Source of the DNA: an uncultured bacterium
GTDB lineage: Bacteria > Verrucomicrobiota > Verrucomicrobiia > Limisphaerales > UBA8199
DNA length: 64,000 bases
Direction of reading: 5' to 3'
Assembly (NCBI GenBank): GCA_963749495.1
Contig: CAVVMW010000014.1
Span: 416,001 to 480,000 of the forward strand
Made by a program: the position numbers and the translations under genes. Below, in pieces: positions 22,259 to 32,721 of this stretch; position 1 is the first letter of the stretch; each line of letters begins with the position of its first letter. Below the pieces are notes generated by a model. The model had not been told where the DNA came from and ran no database searches. It saw only the letters and a program-made list of their open reading frames with translations.

Positions 22259-24925
22259 TTATCGCGCCAGCCGGTAATAGAGCTGCTGGCCCGCGACCGG
22301 AGTCACATAAGGGCTGGCGGCAGCCGGCACATTGGTCCACGCACCCGAGCTGGTCAAGGAGCCGCCGGCTTGGAGCGTGCCGGGCGTGTCCCAGACTACC
22401 GCTACCTTGCGCCCGGACAGGCCCTGGGCAGAGAGGCGGCCCAGCGGCAGCCGCGGAGGCTCGGTGTTGGTGTAGGAAAGCGTGCCGGTCTGCGGCGCCT
22501 GGTTCAGGGGCACGAAGCTGGGGTTCATTCCCTGGAAACTGAAGTTCAGCACATTCGTCCCGAACACGGGCAGGCCGGTATCGGCGAACGTGGCCGAGCG
22601 CGCGAGCTGGAACTCGAAGTTCGTCCCGGGCGCGGCGGGCAGGCAGAGCCAACTCAAACCGGCGATGCCGGTGCCGTCATTGAACGTGCCGTTCTTCTCC
22701 GCATAGGAGAATCCGCTCTGCACGAGCAATTCCGAACCGACCGAGGAGGGCAGGTACCCCGTGTCGGGATTGTTGTCCGTATCGAAGAACATGTTCACAT
22801 AAGACGGGAATTGGCCGGCGGCGGGATCGATATCATGCCAGAGCGTGACGCGGAAATAATAGAAATCCGCGTCGTTATAGACATATATGTCCTTGAAATC
22901 GGCCGCGCCATCGCTGCCGCTGGGACCGCTATACAACGGGGCCATGCCGGCCCAATCGCTCATGTCGCCGTCCACGACAATGCCGCGCACGAAGGGCACA
23001 GTGGTGGCGGATGAGTTGCCAAAGAGGTCCTTGACTCCGGCAATCGTCAGGGTGTTCACCCCGAGGCCGAGCGGCGCACTGGCCGCCAGCGTGACCAGCG
23101 CCGGCTCGCTCGGGCCGGGGGTGGCGGAGACGACGGTCAGGCCGCCGCTCAAGTTGTAATTGGCGGGGTTTCCGGCCGAGACGGTGTCAACCGGCTCGGA
23201 GAAAACTACGGCGACCTGCGTGGCGGTGGCGATGACGCGAATGACGGCGGGCGGGATCGTGTCCCGGAGCACGGTCAAGAGCGCCGCGCGGCTGTTGGTC
23301 GAACTAACTGGATTGCTGATCTGAGCGAAGTAACTGCCGGCATCAGCGGCGAGCACCGCCGGGAGTGCGAGCGTGGCGTTGGTCTGGTTGAGCAGGGCCG
23401 TCCCGTCTTTGAACCACTGATACTGGAGCGGGGGCGACCCGCCCGCGGCGGCCGCAAAGGCGGCGGGGCGGCCCTCGACGGCCGCCACGTCGGCAGGCTG
23501 CGTGAGGTCCGCAAGCAACACGGGCGCCGTGTTGACCAAGAGCACGGCGGAGCGGGTGGTGTTGGTCGAAAGCGGATTGCTCACCCGCAGGGCATAACCG
23601 CCCGCGTCGGTCCCCAGGACGATGGGGATGCTATAGGCGGCATTGGTTGCGCCGGAGATTTCCGTGCCATCCTTCAACCATTGATAAGCCAGGGGGCCCG
23701 AGCCGACAAAATCGGCCGTAAAGGTCGTGGGATTGCCCGCGACGACCGTGCGGTCGGCCGGCACGGCGGCGTCCGCCAGGAGCACGGGAAAAGCGACGGC
23801 CGCTTCGAGGGACAGGCCCAACACCATATCGGCGCTGGTGCCGGGAGCCTGGTGGGTTTCGACTTCGAGCAGGTTGTCGCCGATGAGCAGCGGCCCGCCC
23901 GGCAGGCCAAACACCTGCGCCTGGCCGGGGACCGGGTTGGCGCCGGTGGCAGGGGTGGCAAAACCGAGGGTGCCGCCAGGCAGGCGCACCCGCCGCACTT
24001 CCACGCCGTTCAGGTAATAGGCGGCGCCGTCGCTCAGGTAATTGGTCACCACGAACGCGACGTTGGCGGTGAGGAAGTTCCATTGAAAATGCGTGCGAAA
24101 GTAATAGGCATTGGGGCCGGAGGCTAGGGCGGTGTGGATTGGCGGATAAACGCCAGGAGTGCCTGTGTAACCAAACAAACCCGTGCCCGAGGTCCAGCCG
24201 GCCTGGGTGTCGTCGTACGCCGGGTCGAGCCAGGCTGTTCCCAGGTCGGTCCCGGCCGCGTTGGCCTGCCAGGAAGCCGTGGTCAGGTCGACCAGCGTCA
24301 GATTCGTGGTGAGCGCCGAGGGGGCCGGTTCAAACGTATAGGACAGGCCGCCGCTGCTCGGCGCCCATTCGACGGAGACCCAGTTGATCTCGGCTTCGAG
24401 GACAAAGGCAATGGCGTCGCTGGTGAACACGGCGGTGCCGTCCGAGGCGTAGGTTGCATGCCGGGAGAGGCGCACTTCGAAGTCGGTGGCCGGCGCGGCG
24501 GGCGCCGCCTGCCAATCGAGGCCGTTGACATCCCCTTCGTTGAAACCGCCGTTCTTCTCCTGGTAACCGACGCCACCCTGGACCAGGAGCTCCCATCCCA
24601 CGCGTCCTCCACCGCCGGCTTGAAACCCGGTTGCAGTCGAGGCATCGGTATTGATGAAGATGTTTTGCATGGCCGTGAACGGGTTGTCCGCGGCATAAAT
24701 CGAGAACCGGATGTAGAGGTAATCCTCGTCGTTGGCGACGTAGATGTCCTTGTAGGCCACGGCGTTGGTCACGTCCTGGGCCTGGGTGTAGGCCAGGGGC
24801 ACGCCGGCCCAGTCGCCGAAATCGCCGTCGATGTTGATGTGCTTGAACGTGCCGGCGTGCGCGCCGGCCAAGATGCACCCGGCCGCCAATCCGCAGGCCA
24901 GGTTCAGTAGCATTCTGGTTTTCAT
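22259..24925 (-). CDS. Secreted protein with two DOMON/CBM9-like modules and Ig domains
   Basis: Signal peptide; duplicated IDGDFGDWAGVP / VDGDMSDWAGMA...KDIYV.ND.D..Y.R modules; Ig motifs YQWLKDG and YQWFKDG. Confidence 0.75.
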   Translation of the reverse strand: MKTRMLLNLACGLAAGCILAGAHAGTFKHINIDGDFGDWAGVPLAYTQAQDVTNAVAYKDIYVANDEDYLYIRFSIYAADNPFTAMQNIFINTDASTATGFQAGGGGRVGWELLVQGGVGYQEKNGGFNEGDVNGLDWQAAPAAPATDFEVRLSRHATYASDGTAVFTSDAIAFVLEAEINWVSVEWAPSSGGLSYTFEPAPSALTTNLTLVDLTTASWQANAAGTDLGTAWLDPAYDDTQAGWTSGTGLFGYTGTPGVYPPIHTALASGPNAYYFRTHFQWNFLTANVAFVVTNYLSDGAAYYLNGVEVRRVRLPGGTLGFATPATGANPVPGQAQVFGLPGGPLLIGDNLLEVETHQAPGTSADMVLGLSLEAAVAFPVLLADAAVPADRTVVAGNPTTFTADFVGSGPLAYQWLKDGTEISGATNAAYSIPIVLGTDAGGYALRVSNPLSTNTTRSAVLLVNTAPVLLADLTQPADVAAVEGRPAAFAAAAGGSPPLQYQWFKDGTALLNQTNATLALPAVLAADAGSYFAQISNPVSSTNSRAALLTVLRDTIPPAVIRVIATATQVAVVFSEPVDTVSAGNPANYNLSGGLTVVSATPGPSEPALVTLAASAPLGLGVNTLTIAGVKDLFGNSSATTVPFVRGIVVDGDMSDWAGMAPLYSGPSGSDGAADFKDIYVYNDADFYYFRVTLWHDIDPAAGQFPSYVNMFFDTDNNPDTGYLPSSVGSELLVQSGFSYAEKNGTFNDGTGIAGLSWLCLPAAPGTNFEFQLARSATFADTGLPVFGTNVLNFSFQGMNPSFVPLNQAPQTGTLSYTNTEPPRLPLGRLSAQGLSGRKVAVVWDTPGTLQAGGSLTSSGAWTNVPAAASPYVTPVAGQQLYYRLAR

Positions 24926-25054
24926 GGTGCAGTGGGCTCTATTTCCGTCTCGGTGCCAAGACCTTGTCGCCTTTTAGGCAGGAGGTCAAGAGTAATCCCC
25001 TCACGGGAATGAGCGGCGTTCACCTGTGGGGTGAGCCCATCCACGCATTTCCGT

Positions 25055-25084
25055 ATCTGTGTTTATCTGTGTCCATCCGTGGTT
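25055..25084. repeat. 3 x 10-bp tandem repeat
   Basis: ATCTGTGTTT-ATCTGTGTCC-ATCCGTGGTT in an intergenic region. Confidence 0.6.
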
Positions 25085-25291
25085 GAAAGAGCTGATCCGC
25101 CGGATTTAGGATCCATTGTCCGGGAAATTCAGGTCACCGTGAAAACGCGGCCGAGGCCTTAGCTGATAGGCTGCGAAGAGAAACCACCGCAGGCCGGCAG
25201 CGCGCGACTTCATTGAGAAAACCTGGCTCGTGAGGCTGGTCTAATAGCTGCCTCGGTTTACCCTGGACTGAATTTCAGGACGCATCCAGGC

Positions 25292-25546
25292 CTAGTGCGA
25301 AGTATCTCTGCCACTGATAATTAGGGCGATTCTTTCCCAAGAGCTCGGCTTGCCCATCAGGCCGCAGCCGCCGGTTAACAGAACCGTGAAATAGAACCAG
25401 GGGAGCTTCGAGAATGCGCCAACCACCGCCGCAACCACAAAGGCGGCGCCCAGAAAAAAGCGAATCATCGCCTTCGTGCGGCAATGGCTTCGCTTTCGCC
25501 GCTCGGGAGGGCGGTGAGCGCGTCTGGTGGTTGCGGGTGGAATCAT
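25292..25546 (-). CDS. Small hypothetical membrane protein (two hydrophobic segments)
   Basis: ATG overlaps the TPR gene stop (ATGA); FFLGAAFVVAAVVGAF and WFYFTVLLTGGCGLM hydrophobic runs. Confidence 0.35.
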   Translation of the reverse strand: MIPPATTRRAHRPPERRKRSHCRTKAMIRFFLGAAFVVAAVVGAFSKLPWFYFTVLLTGGCGLMGKPSSWERIALIISGRDTSH

Positions 25547-27997
25547 TCTGACGGCTCCTGCGCCAGACCGAGCGCCCGGCGAACCAAGCTGCGCTCTTCG
25601 CTAGGAAGCTGCAGCAGGACGCCCTCATCTCGAGGATGGGTTTTAAGGTAAGCGATGCCCGTGCGAAACAACCGCATAGGGAATTCCATGATATCGTTGC
25701 CTGAGATGACGGTCTTCCACCCGGCGAACCATTGGTCGAGCCCCGAGTTGGTGAGAGCACTTTCTCTCAGCCGCGCCAGGTGTTGGACCAGCGCCCCGCC
25801 GAGGTAAACCAGGGCATTGTGCTCGCGGTACAGCGCAAACGCTTGCGCCATCCGCGCCGGCCACACGTCCGGCGAGCCGAACTGGCTGAAGATTGCTTGG
25901 ATGAGTGCCTCGGAGACCTGAGCAACAACAGGCGGGGGTTTCTCTGTGCTAGCGAGGAATTCGATCAAATGTTCCACCGCAGAGTTCCATTCGCCTGCCG
26001 CAAAGGCGGCGAACGCCATCCCTCCCTTGGCGGTTGAGAGCACCTCACCAGGAAGCCCGGTCATTCCGATAACTCGCGCGAAGTCCGCCGTCGCTTCCCG
26101 GGCTCGACCAATCTGGCCAAGCGTCATGCCCCGAGCGAGGAGCGCCCGGGCAGCTTGCTCGGGTGGCACACCGGACAGCTCGATCACTTGGGTCAAGTCG
26201 GCTATCGCGTTTTGGGTTCGGCCGACTCGGCCAAATGCCAGGCCTCGATTGAGTAGTGCCAGTGTGACCTGTTCGGAGCGAGGTTTGGGACGACCTGTGC
26301 GCAACTCAATCGTTCGGGTGTAGTCGGCAATTGCCTCCTCAGGTACGGCCGAGTGCGCCAAGAGTGATGCCTCGATTGAGCAGCGCCGTGGCGACCGGTT
26401 CAGCCGGAGCATGCCGCAATTGGATCGCCCGGGTGAAGTCGGCGATGGCCTCCTGGGTTCGGCCCAGAAGGCCAAGACTGGTGCCGCGAGCCACGAGCGC
26501 TCCGGCAACCTGCCCGACGGCTGCGGCGGGCTGTTCCACAACCTTGCCGAACCATTCAACGGCTGCGGAGAACCGCCGATGGCTCAGGCACGCCGATGCG
26601 AATTTCATCCAGTCCCCGGGCTCGTCACTTTCCTCCGCCAGCAAACGCAGTCTTTCCAACATGTCCTCGTCACAGTGGCCAATGTCCACGCCTTCGACCT
26701 CGTGGAGCAGCAGGTCGCGGCGCAGATCGGGCTGGCCGGGGCGGGCTTTGTCGAGGGCGGCAGACAGGTATTTGTGGGCAAGGCCGACCGGATTGCAGTG
26801 AACCGAGAGCCGCTGCAGCTCATCGCGGTCGAACCAGACGCGCAGAAAATCCACGATCAGTTGAAGCGGCTTATGACTGCGCGTGTTCTTGACCTCCATG
26901 CTGAGGCGCATCAGCGGCTCGGCCAGTTCATAGAGCGACTCACGGCCGCGCGGATTGGGCCTCACATAGCCCATTTCGCGGAGCTTCTGAAGCTGGCTGC
27001 CGATGCTGCCGGGTTCGGCAAACAAGGCGGCGGCGATTTCTTTGACGGGGAGGGGCCGGCGACGCAAACAGAGGAACTCGACGATTTTGCGCTGCTGCGG
27101 CGAGAGCCAGCGGAGCCGCTCCTGGTAGTAAGGCGTGAGTTGCACATCCACCATCCCCTCTAACGGCCCCACCAACTCGTCGAGCGACTCACAAGTGACA
27201 AACTCCGACAGGACAATATAGAGCCGGGGGTTGCCGCCCGAGAGATGGTGAATGGCTTGAACGCGGGCCCTGCCGCACGGCGTGCCGAGGAACTCCATCA
27301 ACGCGCCATCCTCGTTGAGCTGTGCGACGCGCTGCAGCAACTCAACGGCCTCCCCGGCGGTAAAGGGTTGGAGGTGAGTCGTGTCAAAGAAGCCAAAGAA
27401 GGGTTGCTCGCGCTCGGAGACGCCCGCAAAGAGCCTCTGGGCCGTCCCTGCGGTGGCGAAGACCGGGTGGTTCTGGACGAAGGCGCGCCAGGCGCGCTGA
27501 TCGGATTCGTCCAATTGAGCAAAAAGCGTGTCGAGGTTCTCGATCAGCACGAGCACGGTCCGTTGGCCGATGTGCGAGAGGAGACTCTGGCCAAGCAGAT
27601 CCTGCGCTTCAACGCGGTCGCACCCACCGAGTTGCTCGATGGCTCGAGACGGGAACTCCTCCGGGTAGCGGTCCGCCAGCGCCCGGTAGATTCGCAGCAG
27701 CAGGTCGAGGAATGAAGTGCTGGTCTCGTCCTCATTGAGCCAGGCCATGCGCAGACGTTGGCCGAGATCTGCCTGCCTCTGGAGCCGGTGGAAGATCAGA
27801 GCGAGCAGGTGGGTTTTCCCGGAGCCCCTGGGGCCGACGAAAAGCAGGTGGTGCTTGTTCTCCGTAATGACGCTTTCGCGCAGGGCCGCCACGGACCGCT
27901 CAAGCAGGTCCTGCCGCTGCACATTGATGCGCTCCAAGTCCTCGGGATCGGTGCGATGGGGAGAGAACCGGGAGATGAATTTGCGCTGGGTTTGCAT
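25543..27997 (-). CDS. P-loop ATPase - winged-helix - TPR protein (STAND-like; frameshift at ~26341)
   Basis: Walker A GPRGSGKT, Walker B VLIENLD, GGNPR, wHTH LSPQQRKIVEFL...SQLQKLREMGYV, TPRs ALLNRG...EAIAD(F/Y)TR.I. ORFs 26339..28285 and 25543..26559 join by removing one base. Confidence 0.8.
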
Positions 27998-27999
27998 TT

Positions 28000-29169
28000 T
28001 CAAACACTGCGATCGAAGCGCCACCATCGGCGGATGAGAGCGAAGCGGAAGCGGTAGCCGCCGTCCGGGTCCCGATCCAGATAGTGGTCCTGCTGCAATA
28101 GCTTCAAGAGGTTGCGGAGGCGCTCCGGTTCGGCCAGCGCCGTTTGGGAGATCAACTCCCGGCGCAAGGCCTCGAACGGGATGGGCGCGTCGGACGCAGC
28201 CACCGCGTCCAGAGCGAGGAGGACCAACGGCTCGTCCTTTCCATAATAGAGCGGCAGGCGCGTGCGGTAGTGGGCCAGGTCCCAATCGTTGTCCGGATGC
28301 GCAAGCTCTTTTTGCAGGCTCGCTTCGATGAGAGCGGGAGTAACCGGTTGGCGCGGCGGCAGCCTGGAAACGAGCTTATGAATGTAGAAGGCGACGTTCC
28401 CCACGGCCTCCGCGGCGGCTCTTGCACAGGCTTCTGGTTCGGCGCAAACCAGGTTCGCTCCCTTGAGCAGGTCGCGAGCCAACTGAGCAGCGTCGGCAGG
28501 CGCCAAGGCCCCCGGCGCGACGCGCTCCATGTGGTTCAACGGCGAGTTAAGATAGCCTTTTTCACGCAGCGAGGTCAGCACGTGGTGCAGTCCTACGGAC
28601 CCGGTCAGTACCAACCGGACCCTGGAGTAGTCCTGACTCAAGGAGCGGAGCACGTCGAGAATCTCCATCGCCATGGCTGGACCCTCGCGCTTCGAGACGT
28701 TGTCTAAGAGAAAGGGGACTTCGTCCCAGAGAAAAACAATATGGCCCCTCGCCTCTTCCATTTCCTCGTCGAGGTCCGTGAAAGTACGAGTGAGAATCTC
28801 CTTCCATGGTGCGGGAGAACCGCCGGGAAGTTTCAGCACCCCGGCAATCTCAGCCCCTCTCACGGCCCCCAGCAACTGCTCCATCCGTCGCATGGCGCGC
28901 TTTTTCCGGCTCAGTACCTCCGCCGAATCCCGATAAGCCCGCGTTGCGAATTCGGCGGCCGTGTGGCATCCACCCAGGTCGCGCTTGACCGTCAGCCACC
29001 CCTTTTGCGGATGCGCCTCCATTTTGCGCAGGATCATGGTCTTGCCGACGCGCCGAAGGTCGTTCATGTAGATGCTACGCCCTTCGAGAATCGCCCACAT
29101 TTCCGCTACAAGAGCATCACGTCCGACAATATTATCTGGGGCAAGTTGGCCACCCGGGTTCGGTTTCAT
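28000..29169 (-). CDS. AAA/archaeal-type P-loop ATPase
   Basis: IVGRD, Walker A variant DLRRVGKT, Walker B FLWDE, LVLTGS, C-terminal LLKLLQQDHYL..YRFRF.LIRRWW; ends 2 nt before the next ATG. Confidence 0.85.
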   Translation of the reverse strand: MKPNPGGQLAPDNIVGRDALVAEMWAILEGRSIYMNDLRRVGKTMILRKMEAHPQKGWLTVKRDLGGCHTAAEFATRAYRDSAEVLSRKKRAMRRMEQLLGAVRGAEIAGVLKLPGGSPAPWKEILTRTFTDLDEEMEEARGHIVFLWDEVPFLLDNVSKREGPAMAMEILDVLRSLSQDYSRVRLVLTGSVGLHHVLTSLREKGYLNSPLNHMERVAPGALAPADAAQLARDLLKGANLVCAEPEACARAAAEAVGNVAFYIHKLVSRLPPRQPVTPALIEASLQKELAHPDNDWDLAHYRTRLPLYYGKDEPLVLLALDAVAASDAPIPFEALRRELISQTALAEPERLRNLLKLLQQDHYLDRDPDGGYRFRFALIRRWWRFDRSV

Positions 29170-29194
29170 ATAGAGCTATCGTTCATTCTCGTCA

Positions 29195-29236
29195 AATATA
29201 TGTCTAAATTGATGTATGTCAATAATGAAATATGTC
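29195..29236 (-). promoter_or_regulatory. Sigma70-like promoter overlapped by three GACATA boxes
   Basis: Minus strand TTGACA (29222-29217), 16 nt spacer, TATATT (29200-29195); plus-strand TATGTC at 29199, 29215 and 29231, in an AT-rich patch. Confidence 0.6.
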
Positions 29237-29460
29237 ATTTTGGCTTTTACAGCTCCTTTTTGAGACACTTCATTTCCTGAGGCCAAAGGAATGCTGGCGT
29301 TTGCAGTTGCCGGCCAGCAGCGCCATTCTGGCGCAGTTGCTTTGACTGCAGCAGTGGCCGGGCCGTGAATTTTTTCATTCGCGCACGCGCCGGGGCAACA
29401 GATCCTCTCTGGTTCGTCGGTCGGTCCTCGGCTGCGGTGCTCGCCACGGATTCGCCTGGA

Positions 29461-30289
29461 TCAGTCCAGCAGGCGGTAGCCGCTGGGGGTGGCAAGATAC
29501 GGTTTCGCGAGCGCGGAACCTATCCCGTGGCCGTGGCCATCCCCGCTGACGATTCCGTTTTCAAAGCAGAACACAAGGGGCAGCGTCCCGCGACCCCGCG
29601 TCGGTTCGGTAATCCTCACGTCGAAGCCGCCTTTGGCGTCTATTCGGGCAACATAGGGCTTCTGCCAGTAGGCCTCCTGTGCTCCAGGAACGCTGTCGAA
29701 GACTACGATGCTGTGAGCCGGAATGCTGGAATCGAGCCGCCCCGTGAGGTGGATGACTTTTCCACTCCCATCGTTGTCGAGGGCAAGCGAATTGACGTGG
29801 CAAGTTGGCATTTGAGGCCGACCCTCGGTCGGCGCGGAAAAAACGGGATGCTTCCAGAGCATTGCCGCCGATGCTTCGGAAAGGTATCCTCGCCTCTCCT
29901 TTGTTCCGGTTCGAAGGCGGTAGTTTGCTATCGTGGCTCCCATGAGCGGCATGCCGAGATTGCCCTCGGCCAACGGTCCCATGTGGGGCAACCCCAAGGC
30001 ATGACCCAATTCATGGATGCACCCTTTGAGCGCAATGTCGGTGAAGAACGGACAGGAACCGTTCCACAACCCCGTCGGGTCGGGCGACATTGGAAGGCGT
30101 GAAGAACACCATGTTCACATTGGGCGGCGGGACATCACCGGCGGGAACGGTGGTTGCGGCGGAAACCAGGAGAAAAGCCAGGAGGCCACAAGCCAGCTTG
30201 GGCGGACAAGAAACCGCTTTTGGGACGCTTGCCGCGGCATATTGCGCGCCGAGCGGGCAAAGGCAGAATTCGTTTGTTGTCGCGTTCAT
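29461..30289 (-). pseudogene. Secreted zinc metallopeptidase (HExxH), disrupted
   Basis: HELGHALGLPH...PLMG in 29461..30090; the signal peptide and N-terminus are in another frame (30011..30289). The very short distance from N-terminus to zinc motif suggests an internal deletion. Confidence 0.6.
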
Positions 30290-30472
30290 CTGCGAGCGTG
30301 TTGGCCGAGATTGCTGCGCGTGGTGTGGGTGTCAAGCCCGAATGCGCGGAACATCGCATAGCGGGCGCACGACACATTTCTTCCATAGCACCCGCCTGCC
30401 GCATAAATGCGGCGTTCCGGTTCGCCTCGGAAGGCCGCATTTGTGCGGCAGCGAAGAATCTGATCCAACCGA

Positions 30473-31146
30473 TCATTGCGGGCATTTGCTTTCTCTGTAT
30501 CGGACTGCCTCTCGCAGCAGTTCGGTGCCGCTCTGGAGGTTCAGTTTCTCTTTTATCCGCCCGCAGCAGGCCTGGACCGTTTTGATGCTCAGACGAAGCG
30601 TCTCTGCTATCCGCCGCGTGCCCCATCCCTGGCCAAGCATGTCGAACACAGCCAGCTCACGGTCGCTGAGTTGCTCGATTGGCGAATGGGTGGCCAGCTT
30701 CTTGCCTTCAACAAATTGCGTCATCACGGACTGTGCCATTGCATCGCTGAGGAAGAACCTGCCCTCCAACACGCTGCGAATCGCCTCGATCACCTTCTTG
30801 GTCGTCTCGCGTTTCATGATGCAGCCTTTGGCTCCGGCGCGCAGGCTCGTTGGGCGTAGAGCGATTCCTCGTGCATAGAGAGAACCAGCACCACCAGACT
30901 GGGCGAGGCGTTCTTCAGCTCCTTGATCAATTCGATGGCGGAGGAATCTTTGAGCGAAATATCCACAATGGCCACGTCGGGTTTCGAGGCCCTGAGCGCC
31001 TGAACGGCCTCCGCAGCCGTTGCGGCTTCCCCGCACACAGCCAGGTCGGCTTGCTGGTTGATCAGGTTGGTCAGCCACTCGCGCACCAGGGGGTGATCAT
31101 CGACGATGAAAACCGTCCGCTTCTGGCTGCTCGAGTCTGATGTCAT
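30473..31146 (-). CDS. NarL/LuxR-family response regulator (frameshift at ~30846)
   Basis: REC domain IVDDHPLVRE..DVAIVDISL..LSMH; HTH LSDRELAVF..IAETLRLSIKTV..IKEKL; one missing C restores YAQRALRAGAKG. Confidence 0.85.
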
Positions 31147-31176
31147 GCGTAGTGTCCTCCGAACCCGCGCTCGCGG

Positions 31177-32709
31177 TTATTTCCTGGTGAGTTGGGTGCG
31201 GTTCCACCATCCGCCGCCGAGGGCCTGAAACAGGGCCGCCGTATCGGCATAACGATTGGCCTCGGCCTGTGTGCGGTTAATCACGGCTTGGTTGTACGCC
31301 TCCTCGGCGTTGAGGAGCACCAGGTAGCAAACGTAGCCGGCTTGGAGCTGGCGCATGGTTAGATCGAGGGAGCGTTTGGCTGTTTGCTCTGCTCTGACAG
31401 CGGCCTTCAGCGCATCGGCATCGAATACCAGCGCATGAAGTGTATCCGCTACGTTTTGAAAAGCTCCGATAACCGTGCTCCGATATTGCGCCGCCGCTTG
31501 GATCATGGCCTGCTTTGCGGCGCGCTGGAGGTGCAGCAGCGTGAATCCATCGAATAATGTCTGGCTAAAGTCGCCCATGAGATTCCAGAAGGGGCCGCCG
31601 GTTTCGAACATTTGGGTGATCTGCGAGGCGGCCCCTCCGTAACCCCCGGAGAGCGTGATCTGCGGCAGCCGATTCGCGATGGCCACGCCGATTTGGGCGT
31701 TGGCCGAGCGCATCTGCTCCTCGGCGGCGCGAACGTCAGGGCGTTGCCGGATAATCGTTGAGGGCAGACTCAGCGGCAGGTCTTGCGGCAAGTGGAGCGA
31801 GGAAAGTCGGAACGTTTCCTCCACATCGTGGTTCGGCAGATTGCCCACTAATGCCCGGATGAGGTTGCGGGTTTGTTCAAGCTGCTTCTGGAGCGGGGGC
31901 AGCGTGGCTTGGACTTGGGCCAAGGCGGCCTCCACGGCGGCCACGTCAAGGTCCGACACAAGGCCCGACTTCCGCTGGCTCCTAAGGATCTCCAGCGACC
32001 GCGCGTTGGCGTCTATGATTTTTTCGGTCGCGGCAATCTGGGCCCTCGTCGATGCCTCCTGGATGGCTGCACCCACGACGCTTGATGCCAGGGTGATATA
32101 GGCTGCCTCCAATTCGAACCGCTGCATCGCCGATTGGGCCGCCAAAGACTCCATCTGCCTCCGGTTATGGCCGAAAACGTCGAGGGCATAGCCGACCGTT
32201 AGTTGAGCGGTGTGAAAGGTGTAAGTAACCGGGGCAACGTAGGGCGGTCCACTCGGATGCGAATAAGTTGAAATGGTGGTGCCGTTGCCCTGAAGTCCTG
32301 GAGAATTGCCGCCCAAATTTCCCGCCAGTTGCTGCCGTTCCACAGTATAGTCCGCTCCAACCGTGGGCCAGTAATAGCCCTTCTGGGCAGAGACCAGTTC
32401 CTGCGCCTGGCCCAGCGCCGCCTTGGCCGAGGCAATGGTGGGATTGCCGCGAAGGGGTTTGTCCACAAGCCTATCCAATTCCGGACATTGAAAGGCCTTC
32501 CACCAATCGAGCGGGATGTCCTGGGCGGAAACAAAGCGTTGGGCACCGCCGCCGACGGGCGCCGAGGAAGCGGTCGGATCCCGCAGGGGCTTGGGCGAAA
32601 AGCCGGCGGACGGCGGGGCTTCGGGCTTTTTGAAGTTCGGTCCCACGGCGCAGCCGGCAAGGAGCGCTGCGGCCAGGAGGGAAAGTGTGAATGTGAGTCT
32701 CCGGTTCAT
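31177..32709 (-). CDS. RND outer-membrane lipoprotein (NodT/OprM family)
   Basis: Lipobox LAGCAVGPNF, WWKAF, RQRPDVRAAE, ALFQALGGGWWN. Confidence 0.92.
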   Translation of the reverse strand: MNRRLTFTLSLLAAALLAGCAVGPNFKKPEAPPSAGFSPKPLRDPTASSAPVGGGAQRFVSAQDIPLDWWKAFQCPELDRLVDKPLRGNPTIASAKAALGQAQELVSAQKGYYWPTVGADYTVERQQLAGNLGGNSPGLQGNGTTISTYSHPSGPPYVAPVTYTFHTAQLTVGYALDVFGHNRRQMESLAAQSAMQRFELEAAYITLASSVVGAAIQEASTRAQIAATEKIIDANARSLEILRSQRKSGLVSDLDVAAVEAALAQVQATLPPLQKQLEQTRNLIRALVGNLPNHDVEETFRLSSLHLPQDLPLSLPSTIIRQRPDVRAAEEQMRSANAQIGVAIANRLPQITLSGGYGGAASQITQMFETGGPFWNLMGDFSQTLFDGFTLLHLQRAAKQAMIQAAAQYRSTVIGAFQNVADTLHALVFDADALKAAVRAEQTAKRSLDLTMRQLQAGYVCYLVLLNAEEAYNQAVINRTQAEANRYADTAALFQALGGGWWNRTQLTRK

Positions 32710-32721
32710 AATGGTCTTGCT

